Origin: Longimicrobiales bacterium
Lineage (GTDB): Bacteria; Gemmatimonadota; Gemmatimonadetes; Longimicrobiales; Gaopeijiaceae
DNA length: 64,000 nucleotides
Assembly (NCBI GenBank): GCA_965237965.1
Contig: CBDEGT010000002.1
Coordinates: forward strand, 77,496-141,495
Reading direction: 5' to 3'
In this document: piece after piece, positions 25,555 to 33,989 of the stretch
How positions within the stretch are numbered: position 1 is the stretch's first letter
How the letters are laid out: each line of letters opens with the position of its first letter
Notes under the pieces: generated by a model
What the model was told of the DNA's origin: nothing
The model's input: the letters and a program-made list of their open reading frames with translations, nothing else
Databases searched by the model: none
Made by a program: the position numbers and the translations under genes

Positions 25555-26762
25555 GGAAGGTCTGAACAACCCCATTTTGGGAGGAACGCGATCGGTTGCG
25601 GTTCGAAGATCCGGTTACGAAGGCCTATCGGAGCGATGAAGTGTTGGCTGGCGCGCCGGATAAACGGTCCGAACCGTCAGGAAGTCGCTTCGATGTGTCC
25701 GGCTCCCGCCCTCGCGCGGCCCATGGGCGCATGGGCCCCGCGTTATCCGGTCGCGTAGCGGCCAGCGATGAGCAGATTCGAGAACCCGAGCAGCAACGCG
25801 ATGCGCTGCGTGTTCTTCGCCAGTCCCCGGTAGCGCACCTTACCGTACCCGAAGCGCCGCTTCACATACAAGAACGGATGCTCCACCTTCGCCCGCACCG
25901 ATGCCTTGCGCTTCTCGGCCGCCGCCTCGGCGCCGTCCCGATCGAGCAGGCGACGCTTGCCCGGCTTCATCGCCACCTGCCAGGCGACGCCGCAACCCCT
26001 GTTCTCCGGGCGCTTGTCCACACCCTGGTAGCCCGCGTCGCCCCATGCCTCCGTCTCGTCACCATGCAGCAGCACGCACGCCTGCGTCACGTCCGCCGCG
26101 TTGGCGGCCGTCGTCGCCAAGCTGTGCGCCAGACCCGATTCGGCGTCCACCCCGATATGCGCCTTCATCCCGAAGTACCACTGGTTTCCCTTCTTCGTCT
26201 GGTGCATCTCCGGATCCCGTTCTCCCCTGCGGTTCTTCGTCGACGACGGCGCGTCAATGATGCTCGCATCCACGATCGTCCCCGTCTTCAACCGATGCCC
26301 GAGAGACGCCAGATGCACATTGATCTCCTCGAACAACCCCATCCCCAAGCCCTGCGTCTCCAGCAGGTGGCGGAAGTTCAGGATCGTCGTCTCGTCCGGC
26401 AAAGGACCGCTCAGGCGCAGACCCGCAAAGCGGCGCACCGACTCCACCTCGTAGAGCAGATCCTCCATGCCCGGATCGCTCAAGTTGTAGAACAGCTGCA
26501 CACAATGAACCCGCAGCATCACCCCAAGCGGATAGGGGCGGCGGCCACGGCCAGCCTTCGCATAGAACGGCTCGATCCGATCCTCCAGCTGTTGCCAGGG
26601 AATCAGCCCCTCCATCTTCTCCAGGAAGATCTCCCGGCGCGTCCGCCGCTTCTTCGAATCGTACTCCAGTTCCGCAAAAGTCATCTGAAGCTCCATGGCC
26701 CGCTCACAGCTCCCCGGTCGTTTCATACCACGAAACTACACCCGTCTTGTTCAGAGCTTCCC
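25555..26762 (-). mobile_element. IS5-family insertion sequence 'IS5-B' copy 1 (1208 bp). IRs GGAAGGTCTGAACAAC / GGAAGCTCTGAACAAG, 4-bp TSD CAAG
   Basis: CAAG at 25551..25554 and 26763..26766. Identical inverted copy at 28480..29686. Confidence 0.8.
25743..26696 (-). CDS. IS5 family transposase (IS5-B; ~70% aa identity to the IS5-A transposase)
   Basis: MELQMTFAELEYDSKKRRTRREIFLEKMEGLIPW..KGNQWYFGMKAHIGVDAESGL.. Confidence 0.85.
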   Translation of the reverse strand: MELQMTFAELEYDSKKRRTRREIFLEKMEGLIPWQQLEDRIEPFYAKAGRGRRPYPLGVMLRVHCVQLFYNLSDPGMEDLLYEVESVRRFAGLRLSGPLPDETTILNFRHLLETQGLGMGLFEEINVHLASLGHRLKTGTIVDASIIDAPSSTKNRRGERDPEMHQTKKGNQWYFGMKAHIGVDAESGLAHSLATTAANAADVTQACVLLHGDETEAWGDAGYQGVDKRPENRGCGVAWQVAMKPGKRRLLDRDGAEAAAEKRKASVRAKVEHPFLYVKRRFGYGKVRYRGLAKNTQRIALLLGFSNLLIAGRYATG

Positions 26763-27686
26763 AAGCAGGTTCGCGAAGCCCAGGAGCAGCGCGATCCGTT
26801 CCATGTTCTTGGCCAGCCCGCGGTAGCGAACCTTCCGGTAACCGAAGCGGCGCTTCACATACAGGAACGGGTGCTCCACCTTTGCCCGCACCGAGGCCTT
26901 GTCCCGCTCGCGCAGCCACCGCGCCCCGCCCTGCTCCAGGAGCCGCCGCCGCCCCGGTCTCATCGCCACATGCCACTGCACCGGACGGCCTCCCGTGTCC
27001 ACCCACTTCTCGATCCCCCGGTAGCCCGCGTCCGCCCACACCTCCTCCTCGCCGCCGTGAAGCAACGCCCCCGCCTCCCGAAGATCGTGCGTGTTCGCCG
27101 GCGTCGCCCGCACGCCATGCACCAGTCCCGTCTCCGCGTCCACCCCGATGTGCGCCTTCATCCCGAAGTGCCACTCGTTGCCCTTCCTCGTCTGATGCAT
27201 CTCCGGATCCCGCGCCCCCTCCCGGTTCTTCGTCGATGACGGCGCCGCGATGATGCTCGCGTCCACGATCGTCCCCGCCCGCACCCGGTAGCCCCGCTCC
27301 GCCAGGTGCGCGTTGATCTCCTCGAACAAACCACGCCCCAGCCTGTGCCGCTCCAGCAGGTGCCGAAAGTTCAGAATCGTCGTCTCGTCCGGCAGCGGAC
27401 CCGTCAAACGCAGCCCCGCGAACCGCCGCACCGACTCGATCTCGTACAGCATGTCCTCCATCCCCGGGTCGCTCAGGTTGTAGAACAGCTGCACGCAGTG
27501 AATCCTCAGCATCGCCGCCAACGGGTACGGCTGCCGCCCCCGCCCCGCCTTCGGATACAACGGCCGAATCCGCGCCTCCAGACGCTCCCACGGAATCAGC
27601 GCCTCCATCCGCTCCAGAAACAGCTCCCGCCGCGTCCGCCGCTTCTTCCCCTCGTACTCCACATCCGCGAACGTCACCTGCTCCAT
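26751..27686 (-). CDS. IS5 family transposase (IS5-A copy 2); last ~7 codons altered by the IS5-B insertion
   Basis: Identical to 2151..3101 up to ..FANLL, then GKL* instead of VAGRYSTA*. Confidence 0.8.
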   Translation of the reverse strand: MEQVTFADVEYEGKKRRTRRELFLERMEALIPWERLEARIRPLYPKAGRGRQPYPLAAMLRIHCVQLFYNLSDPGMEDMLYEIESVRRFAGLRLTGPLPDETTILNFRHLLERHRLGRGLFEEINAHLAERGYRVRAGTIVDASIIAAPSSTKNREGARDPEMHQTRKGNEWHFGMKAHIGVDAETGLVHGVRATPANTHDLREAGALLHGGEEEVWADAGYRGIEKWVDTGGRPVQWHVAMRPGRRRLLEQGGARWLRERDKASVRAKVEHPFLYVKRRFGYRKVRYRGLAKNMERIALLLGFANLLGKL

Positions 27687-27948
27687 CGTCCGCCTCCCCG
27701 ATCGTCCCGCTCAGCCCTTGAACTCCCGCCCCGTAAATCTAATGTCCCAGGGACCGACTTATTCAGAGTATTCCTAGCTCTAAAGACCGTCTACGCGGGG
27801 GATCAGACTCCCGGCACTCTATACATATGCTTGACTGGCCCGCGGGTCCCTCGCGGCTCGCGAAAGGGACCCACCAGCGGGACGGGTCCTCCTCCAGGGC
27901 GGGGCTGTTCAGCCAGCCCGAAGCCTCAATGACTAGGACGCCGCACTG

Positions 27949-28242
27949 TCAGTGCGGCGCGAACGCGCTCAGGACGGGGTCTTGAGCTGGATTGTTGGGA
28001 TAGTTGTGCAGCGGCAGGATGTGCGGGTGCTGCAGGTTCGCGGTCGTCTTGATCTCGGCCAGGAACCGCTCGGCCCCGACTACAGCGGCTAGCTCAGGTT
28101 TCAGAACCTTGAGCGCGACCTTGCGCTCGTGCCGGAGGTCGTCGGCCAGGTAGACCGTCGCCATCCCGCCCTCGCCGAGCTGGCGCTCGATGCGGTAGCG
28201 GCCTTCGAGAGCCGCGTTCAGGCGGTCAGGCACATCGCTCAT
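27949..28242 (-). pseudogene. Ser/Thr protein kinase N-terminal fragment (97 codons; kinase-5' module copy D plus ~60 further kinase codons)
   Basis: [74 protein letters not shown] then divergence and stop. Contains the kinase Gly-loop and VAIK Lys. Confidence 0.7.
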
Positions 28243-28479
28243 GCTGACTCCCAGGGAGAACGGAGTCCTAGGCCATGCAGCGATCTATTATCTATAGGGA
28301 GGCGGCTACAGTTTGGGATGAGAAGGGGGGGATGGCCAGCCTCCCGGCCACGGAGTCGCAAGACTTCAAGCGCTCCAGAACGCAAACGGGCTCAATGGCC
28401 CCAATCGACCGTGGGAGACTGGCCAAATGGACACTACCCCCAAGCAGGTGACCGGTGTCGACGTAAGCGATCGCTTTAG

Positions 28480-29686
28480 GGAAGCTCTGAACAAGACGGG
28501 TGTAGTTTCGTGGTATGAAACGACCGGGGAGCTGTGAGCGGGCCATGGAGCTTCAGATGACTTTTGCGGAACTGGAGTACGATTCGAAGAAGCGGCGGAC
28601 GCGCCGGGAGATCTTCCTGGAGAAGATGGAGGGGCTGATTCCCTGGCAACAGCTGGAGGATCGGATCGAGCCGTTCTATGCGAAGGCTGGCCGTGGCCGC
28701 CGCCCCTATCCGCTTGGGGTGATGCTGCGGGTTCATTGTGTGCAGCTGTTCTACAACTTGAGCGATCCGGGCATGGAGGATCTGCTCTACGAGGTGGAGT
28801 CGGTGCGCCGCTTTGCGGGTCTGCGCCTGAGCGGTCCTTTGCCGGACGAGACGACGATCCTGAACTTCCGCCACCTGCTGGAGACGCAGGGCTTGGGGAT
28901 GGGGTTGTTCGAGGAGATCAATGTGCATCTGGCGTCTCTCGGGCATCGGTTGAAGACGGGGACGATCGTGGATGCGAGCATCATTGACGCGCCGTCGTCG
29001 ACGAAGAACCGCAGGGGAGAACGGGATCCGGAGATGCACCAGACGAAGAAGGGAAACCAGTGGTACTTCGGGATGAAGGCGCATATCGGGGTGGACGCCG
29101 AATCGGGTCTGGCGCACAGCTTGGCGACGACGGCCGCCAACGCGGCGGACGTGACGCAGGCGTGCGTGCTGCTGCATGGTGACGAGACGGAGGCATGGGG
29201 CGACGCGGGCTACCAGGGTGTGGACAAGCGCCCGGAGAACAGGGGTTGCGGCGTCGCCTGGCAGGTGGCGATGAAGCCGGGCAAGCGTCGCCTGCTCGAT
29301 CGGGACGGCGCCGAGGCGGCGGCCGAGAAGCGCAAGGCATCGGTGCGGGCGAAGGTGGAGCATCCGTTCTTGTATGTGAAGCGGCGCTTCGGGTACGGTA
29401 AGGTGCGCTACCGGGGACTGGCGAAGAACACGCAGCGCATCGCGTTGCTGCTCGGGTTCTCGAATCTGCTCATCGCTGGCCGCTACGCGACCGGATAACG
29501 CGGGGCCCATGCGCCCATGGGCCGCGCGAGGGCGGGAGCCGGACACATCGAAGCGACTTCCTGACGGTTCGGACCGTTTATCCGGCGCGCCAGCCAACAC
29601 TTCATCGCTCCGATAGGCCTTCGTAACCGGATCTTCGAACCGCAACCGATCGCGTTCCTCCCAAAATGGGGTTGTTCAGACCTTCC
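28480..29686 (+). mobile_element. IS5-B copy 2 (1207 bp), 4-bp TSD TTAG, inserted in the 5' end of the IS110 transposase gene
   Basis: TTAG at 28476..28479 and 29687..29690. IRs as in copy 1. Confidence 0.85.
28545..29498 (+). CDS. IS5 family transposase (IS5-B copy 2)
   Basis: Identical protein to 25743..26696. Confidence 0.85.
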   Translation: MELQMTFAELEYDSKKRRTRREIFLEKMEGLIPWQQLEDRIEPFYAKAGRGRRPYPLGVMLRVHCVQLFYNLSDPGMEDLLYEVESVRRFAGLRLSGPLPDETTILNFRHLLETQGLGMGLFEEINVHLASLGHRLKTGTIVDASIIDAPSSTKNRRGERDPEMHQTKKGNQWYFGMKAHIGVDAESGLAHSLATTAANAADVTQACVLLHGDETEAWGDAGYQGVDKRPENRGCGVAWQVAMKPGKRRLLDRDGAEAAAEKRKASVRAKVEHPFLYVKRRFGYGKVRYRGLAKNTQRIALLLGFSNLLIAGRYATG

Positions 29687-29739
29687 TTAGCACGTTCTGC
29701 ACGGTCGATGAGGCCGGTGAGATCGAAGAGGAAGGTCGC

Positions 29740-30687
29740 GTGCGGACGAGCCCACAAGCGTTCCGAACCCATTTCCAGAAGTCGCCTCGCCGCGTCGTGA
29801 TCGAGGTCGGAACGCATTCGCCCTGGATGAGCCGGCTGCTCGCAAAATGCGGTCACGAGGTGATCGTCGCAAATGCTCGCATGGTCTCACTCATCTACAG
29901 GAACGAACGGAAAACGGACCGCATCGACGCCGAAAGCTTGGCACGCCTCGGTCGCCTGGATCCCAAGCTCCTCCATCCGATCCAGCACCGCGCGGAGGAA
30001 ACCCAGGTCCACCTCGGGCTCGTCCGGACGCGCGCGACCGTGGTGCGGGCCCGCACCGCGCTCATCAATCACGTCCGCGGTGCCGTCAAAACACTGGGTG
30101 GCCGAATCCCGCGGTGTTCGACCGATGGCTTCGCACGTAAGGCCGTCGAGCACATCCCCGAGTCGCTCCAGCCGGCGCTTCAGCCCGTGCTCGAGAGCAT
30201 TACCCAGCTGTCACGACAAATCCGTTTCTTCGACAAGCAGATCCAGGGGCTCTGCGAAAAGCGCTATCCCGAGACCGCCCTGCTACGCGAAATCGTCGGC
30301 GTCGGCCCTACGACAGCGCTCACCTACCGCCTCGTCATTGATGACCCCGTCCGTTTCCGTGACAGCCGTTCGGTCGGTGCCTACATCGGACTCACGCGCC
30401 GCCATGCCGATTCCGGAGAATCCGCGCCAGAGCTCCGCATCACGAAGAGCGGAGATTCCTTGCTCCGCTCGCTCCTGATCCAAGCCGCCCACTACATCCT
30501 TGGCCCCTTCGGACCCGAGAGTGACCTCAGGAACTGGGGCCTTGCCTACTGGCGTCGAGGTGGAGCGACACCCAAAGCCAAGAAGAAGGCAGCGGTTGCG
30601 GTGGCCAGGAAGCTGGCCGTGCTACTGCATCGATTGTGGCTGAGCGGTCAGCCCTATCAGCCGCTACGCAAACCGAAGGTTGCCTAA
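29740..30687 (+). CDS. IS110 family transposase, residues ~20 to end (N-terminus separated by IS5-B)
   Basis: ..RRVVIEVGTHSPWMSRLL..GVGPTTALTYRLVIDDPVRF..KKKAAVAVARKLAVLLHRLW.. are the IS110 DEDD and C-terminal motifs. Confidence 0.8.
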   Translation: MRTSPQAFRTHFQKSPRRVVIEVGTHSPWMSRLLAKCGHEVIVANARMVSLIYRNERKTDRIDAESLARLGRLDPKLLHPIQHRAEETQVHLGLVRTRATVVRARTALINHVRGAVKTLGGRIPRCSTDGFARKAVEHIPESLQPALQPVLESITQLSRQIRFFDKQIQGLCEKRYPETALLREIVGVGPTTALTYRLVIDDPVRFRDSRSVGAYIGLTRRHADSGESAPELRITKSGDSLLRSLLIQAAHYILGPFGPESDLRNWGLAYWRRGGATPKAKKKAAVAVARKLAVLLHRLWLSGQPYQPLRKPKVA

Positions 30688-31149
30688 CGACCAACTTCAA
30701 CAACGCCGAGGAGGAAGCACTCCGGCGTCCGTTGCCGATCGACAACCTAACCGCCCGGTCGCAGGCGACTGCGTCCCACATCTCGGGACCTCGAGTCCGT
30801 GCTACAGTTTGCAGCGCCTCGATCGGTAGGACCCCAAGCTGCACCGGCCCAAGTTTACCGGCCAACACGAGTGCGTATGGGAGATTCGCGGACGGTTGGT
30901 CGCCTTCGGCAACCGGCCGCCAAGTCGGCCTTGACTTTAACCCCTTCTCATGGGAGATGTGGGGGAGGAACAGCGGGATGGCAAGCCCAGGGGGGACCCC
31001 CGAGCGCGACACCCGATCTCATGCTATCAGGCGCTTGATCGCGTCAGCACGACAAAGATGGGCGCACTTTGGGCGCACTCGCCCCTTCGCGCACCCGACG
31101 AGCTGAGATCGCATACCGATGTAAGTCATTGTCCGAAAAGCAGTGCCGA

Positions 31150-31245
31150 GGGCGGGAGTCGAACCCGCAAGGGCCGAAGCCCGGGGGATTTTGAGTCTCA
31201 CTCCATCCACCTTCCACTGCCTCTAACGGCAGCACCGGCGAGCGC
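31150..31245 (-). other. tRNA-like 3' end (T-arm GCGGG-TTCGACT-CCCGC plus acceptor 3' strand); full cloverleaf not resolved by eye
   Basis: Reverse complement ..gggcttcggccc(ttg)gcgggttcgactcccgccctcggcA. 5' half gives only a 6/7 acceptor pairing and no clean anticodon arm. Confidence 0.25.
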
Positions 31246-31356
31246 TCTGACCCCAATCGCGCATCGGTGACAGCCTATGTAGCCGGAAGGTCTGCGGTGG
31301 AACATGGGCGCAAAATGGGATCACTTGTGGCGGTCGGTCACACCGTCATCGCCATC

Positions 31357-31440
31357 AGGTCGGCACCAGCCGCTTCAGCTCCTCGAAGAAGTTCTGGACG
31401 AGGATGACGGTGACGCGGTCTTCGGCCGATCCACATCAGC
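31357..31440 (-). repeat. kinase-3' module, copy 1 (last ~24 codons ..VILVQNFFEELKRLVPT* plus stop), immediately downstream of floA
   Basis: 45 of 47 bp identical to copy 2 at 40296..40385, including synonymous positions. Confidence 0.55.
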
Positions 31441-31546
31441 CAGGTATCCGAAACCGTTCATCCTAGAGGCTCCGATTGTTCTCCTCCTCACCGCCCGAGA
31501 TCGACTCACGCATGGAGGTGTCCGACTGGACGTCGCCGTAACGCAT

Positions 31547-32455
31547 TTAGTTCATCACCTCGAGGTTCCCGCCCCGGAAGGCCTCGGCGATCGCCAGCGG
31601 AACCTTGGCCTCGGCCTCGACCAGATCGGCCCGCTTCTCCTGTACCTTGGCGAGGTTCTCCTGCTCCAGCGCGACGGCCATCGCACGCCGCTCCTCGGCG
31701 CGCGCCTGGGCGACCCGCTTGTCGGCCTCGGCCTGATCGGTCTGCAGCTCGGCGCCGATGTTCTTGCCGACGTCGATGTCAGCGATGTCGATGGAGAGGA
31801 TCTCGAACGCCGTACCGGCGTCCAGACCGCGTGCGAGCACGGTCTTGGAGATGTTGTCGGGGTTCTCGAGGACGGCCTTGTGGGAATCCGCGGAGCCGAT
31901 GTTCGACACGATGCCCTCGCCCACCCGTGCCAGGACCGTCTCCTCGCCTGCGCCTCCCACCAGTCGATTGATGTTCACCCGCACCGTGACGCGCGCGATC
32001 GCGATCAGCTGGATGCCGTCGCGCGCCATGGCCGTTACGCGCGGAGTCGTGATCACCTTCGGGGTGACCGACACCTGGACGGCCTCGAACACATCGCGCC
32101 CGGCAAGGTCGATAGCGGCCGCCTGCTGGAAGGACAGCTCGATATTCGCCTTGTCCGCGCTGATCAGCGCGTGCACCACGCGATCGACCGCACCGCCGGC
32201 GAGGTAGTGCGCCTCGAGGTCCCCGATGTCGAGCACGATTCCCGCCTTGGTCGCCCAGATCAGGGGACGCACCACGGCGGGCGGGTTCACCTTGCGGAGC
32301 CGCATTCCCACCAGGTACCCAATGCCGACCTTCGCGCCGGCGGAGATCGCCTCGACCCACAAGCGCACCGGAATCGCCCAAAGGATCAGGCTTACGAGGA
32401 TGAAAGCGCCGACCAACGTGATCAGGCTGGTCGAAAAGAAGAGCTCGTCAGTCAT
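31547..32455 (-). CDS. floA: flotillin-like protein FloA (UPF0365/YqfA family)
   Basis: [56 protein letters not shown].. is the characteristic FloA N-terminus and SPFH body. Confidence 0.8.
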   Translation of the reverse strand: MTDELFFSTSLITLVGAFILVSLILWAIPVRLWVEAISAGAKVGIGYLVGMRLRKVNPPAVVRPLIWATKAGIVLDIGDLEAHYLAGGAVDRVVHALISADKANIELSFQQAAAIDLAGRDVFEAVQVSVTPKVITTPRVTAMARDGIQLIAIARVTVRVNINRLVGGAGEETVLARVGEGIVSNIGSADSHKAVLENPDNISKTVLARGLDAGTAFEILSIDIADIDVGKNIGAELQTDQAEADKRVAQARAEERRAMAVALEQENLAKVQEKRADLVEAEAKVPLAIAEAFRGGNLEVMN

Positions 32456-32582
32456 GGGCAGCCCTCGATGGAATCGTGGGTGATTGGGGAGCGTACACTC
32501 CGGCGGAGATCGGTCGTAGGGGACAGGCCCGGCCTCCACTATAACGCATCGCCGCGGCCACTGGAGCAGTACCGGCCAGGTA

Positions 32583-32712
32583 GACGGTCGCCATCCCACC
32601 CTCACCGAGCTGGCGCTCGATGCGGTAGCGACCTTCGAGGGCCGCGTTCAGGCGGGTGACGGGATCGGGCTGGTTCACCCGATCAAGATGCCGGTCAGGG
32701 CGGTAAACCTAT
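32583..32712 (-). repeat. kinase-5' module, copy E, directly upstream of floA (fragment ORF stop overlaps floA ATG: ATGACTGA)
   Basis: Encodes [36 protein letters not shown].. then out-of-family sequence. Confidence 0.6.
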
Positions 32713-32787
32713 GGCCATGTCTGGTGCCATGGGGGTCCTCCTCCTTGTGACAAGTGCAGGGTGTCTTGCAGTGGGGGGTCAGGTCCA

Positions 32788-33408
32788 TCACCGGCGGGCT
32801 CGTATCGGAATCAGAACCCGCGTGCCCGCCCATTCCACGACCAACTCCACGGCGTCCACGGCCAGACTCCTGAAGGAAAAGGTCAGCAACTCGACCGGCT
32901 CCTCCGTGGGCTCGACGGGCACGATCCCCGAGCCGATGTCCTGCTCCCGCACCAGGTCATCGATAGGGATGCCCCATCGCTCTACTTCCGCATTGACGAT
33001 GACCTGCCATTCCTCCCTCGACGGGATTACATAGAGCGAGTAGGAGCCGGACTCCAGCGGGACCCCGGCGATCTCCACCGGGACCGGAACGCTGATAGAG
33101 GTGGCTTCGTTGGCTCCGAGTCGCCACGGCTCTCCGTAGGGCACCACCCGGCCCATGATTGGTCGGCCAACCGTCCGGGGGCGGCTGTAGCATACCTTGA
33201 TCTCCTCACCGTCCAGTCGGACGGTGGCCGAATCGAAAGGGCTGATTCGGATGTCAAGATCAGAGGGATCGTCTCGAATCCAGCAGGCAATATCCACGGG
33301 GCCTACCACCTGCTGGCCTTCGGCTAGGCCGTGACCAGCAAGCTGCAGAACACAACCGAGGACAACGCCTCTGAGACGTGGCACACCCACAGTAAATCGC
33401 ATCTTCAA
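32788..33408 (-). CDS. DUF2911-like secreted protein
   Basis: Signal peptide. ..PWRLGANEATSISV..GSYSLYVIPSREEWQVIVNAEVERWG.. matches the DUF2911 pattern. Confidence 0.5.
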   Translation of the reverse strand: MKMRFTVGVPRLRGVVLGCVLQLAGHGLAEGQQVVGPVDIACWIRDDPSDLDIRISPFDSATVRLDGEEIKVCYSRPRTVGRPIMGRVVPYGEPWRLGANEATSISVPVPVEIAGVPLESGSYSLYVIPSREEWQVIVNAEVERWGIPIDDLVREQDIGSGIVPVEPTEEPVELLTFSFRSLAVDAVELVVEWAGTRVLIPIRARR

Positions 33409-33502
33409 ATCACTCTCAAGGGGCCGGGTGGCGCGTTTTGCGAGTCAAGCCGAGGTTCACGTCCGTGGCATCTGCAGCTCATCGAAGCACGCTGATCCAT
33501 AC

Positions 33503-33685
33503 CGTCGCCATCCCGCCCTCACCGAGCTGGCGCTCGATGCGGTAGCGACCTTCAAGGGCCGCGTTCAGGCGGGTGATGGGATCTGGGCGGTTCACCCGAT
33601 CAAGATGCAGGGCAGGACAGCGAACCGCGAGAAAGCCCCTATATACAGGGGGGTGAGCGGAGGATCACGGCCAGCAGGCAGGCAG
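33503..33685 (-). repeat. kinase-5' module, copy F (longest; includes conserved upstream region), upstream of DUF2911 gene
   Basis: ..ccatcccgccctcaccgagctggcgctcgatgcggtagcgacc..ggatcacggccagcaggc. Confidence 0.6.
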
Positions 33686-33989
33686 TCTCTCTCGCCCCGG
33701 ATCACCTACCCCGTGGTTCCGCGCGCGCGTTACGGTTTGGGTGTGTGGTTGGGTTGTTCGCAGCCTCATGGTTCTGGCCTCGGTCGTAATCACCGTCATA
33801 TTCGTCGTCGCATGGCTCTGGGGTTGGTACGCGTCACTCGCTTCGTAACCAACTCCGGATTGTGGGGCGTGCGCGGCCCCGAGACGCACGGTCATATATT
33901 GAATCTTCTGCCCATGTCGGGCTCGGCCCCGACCAGCACGGGATCTAGTCCCAGTGACGCACCGTCTTCAACGTGGAGCACACTGAGCC

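Larger units (their letters stand above)
25361..27774 (-). mobile_element. IS5-A copy 2 carrying a nested IS5-B insertion near its 3' end; flanked by TAG
   Basis: Ends identical to copy 1. 25361..25554 equals 1987..2180, then IS5-B (25555..26762), then the remainder of IS5-A. Confidence 0.8.
28424..30687 (+). mobile_element. IS110-family element whose transposase gene is split by IS5-B copy 2 (5' part 28424..28479, remainder 29687..30687); element ends not resolved
   Basis: Joining the flanks across IS5-B restores MDTTPKQVTGVDVSDRFSTFCTVDEAGEIEEEGRVRTSPQAF.. (canonical IS110 N-terminus) in frame. Confidence 0.7.

Noticed and set aside
31304-32659. 451-aa ORF on the plus strand opposite floA
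   Set aside because: Antisense to a clearly recognisable floA gene. Composition is low-complexity (R/G/D-rich).
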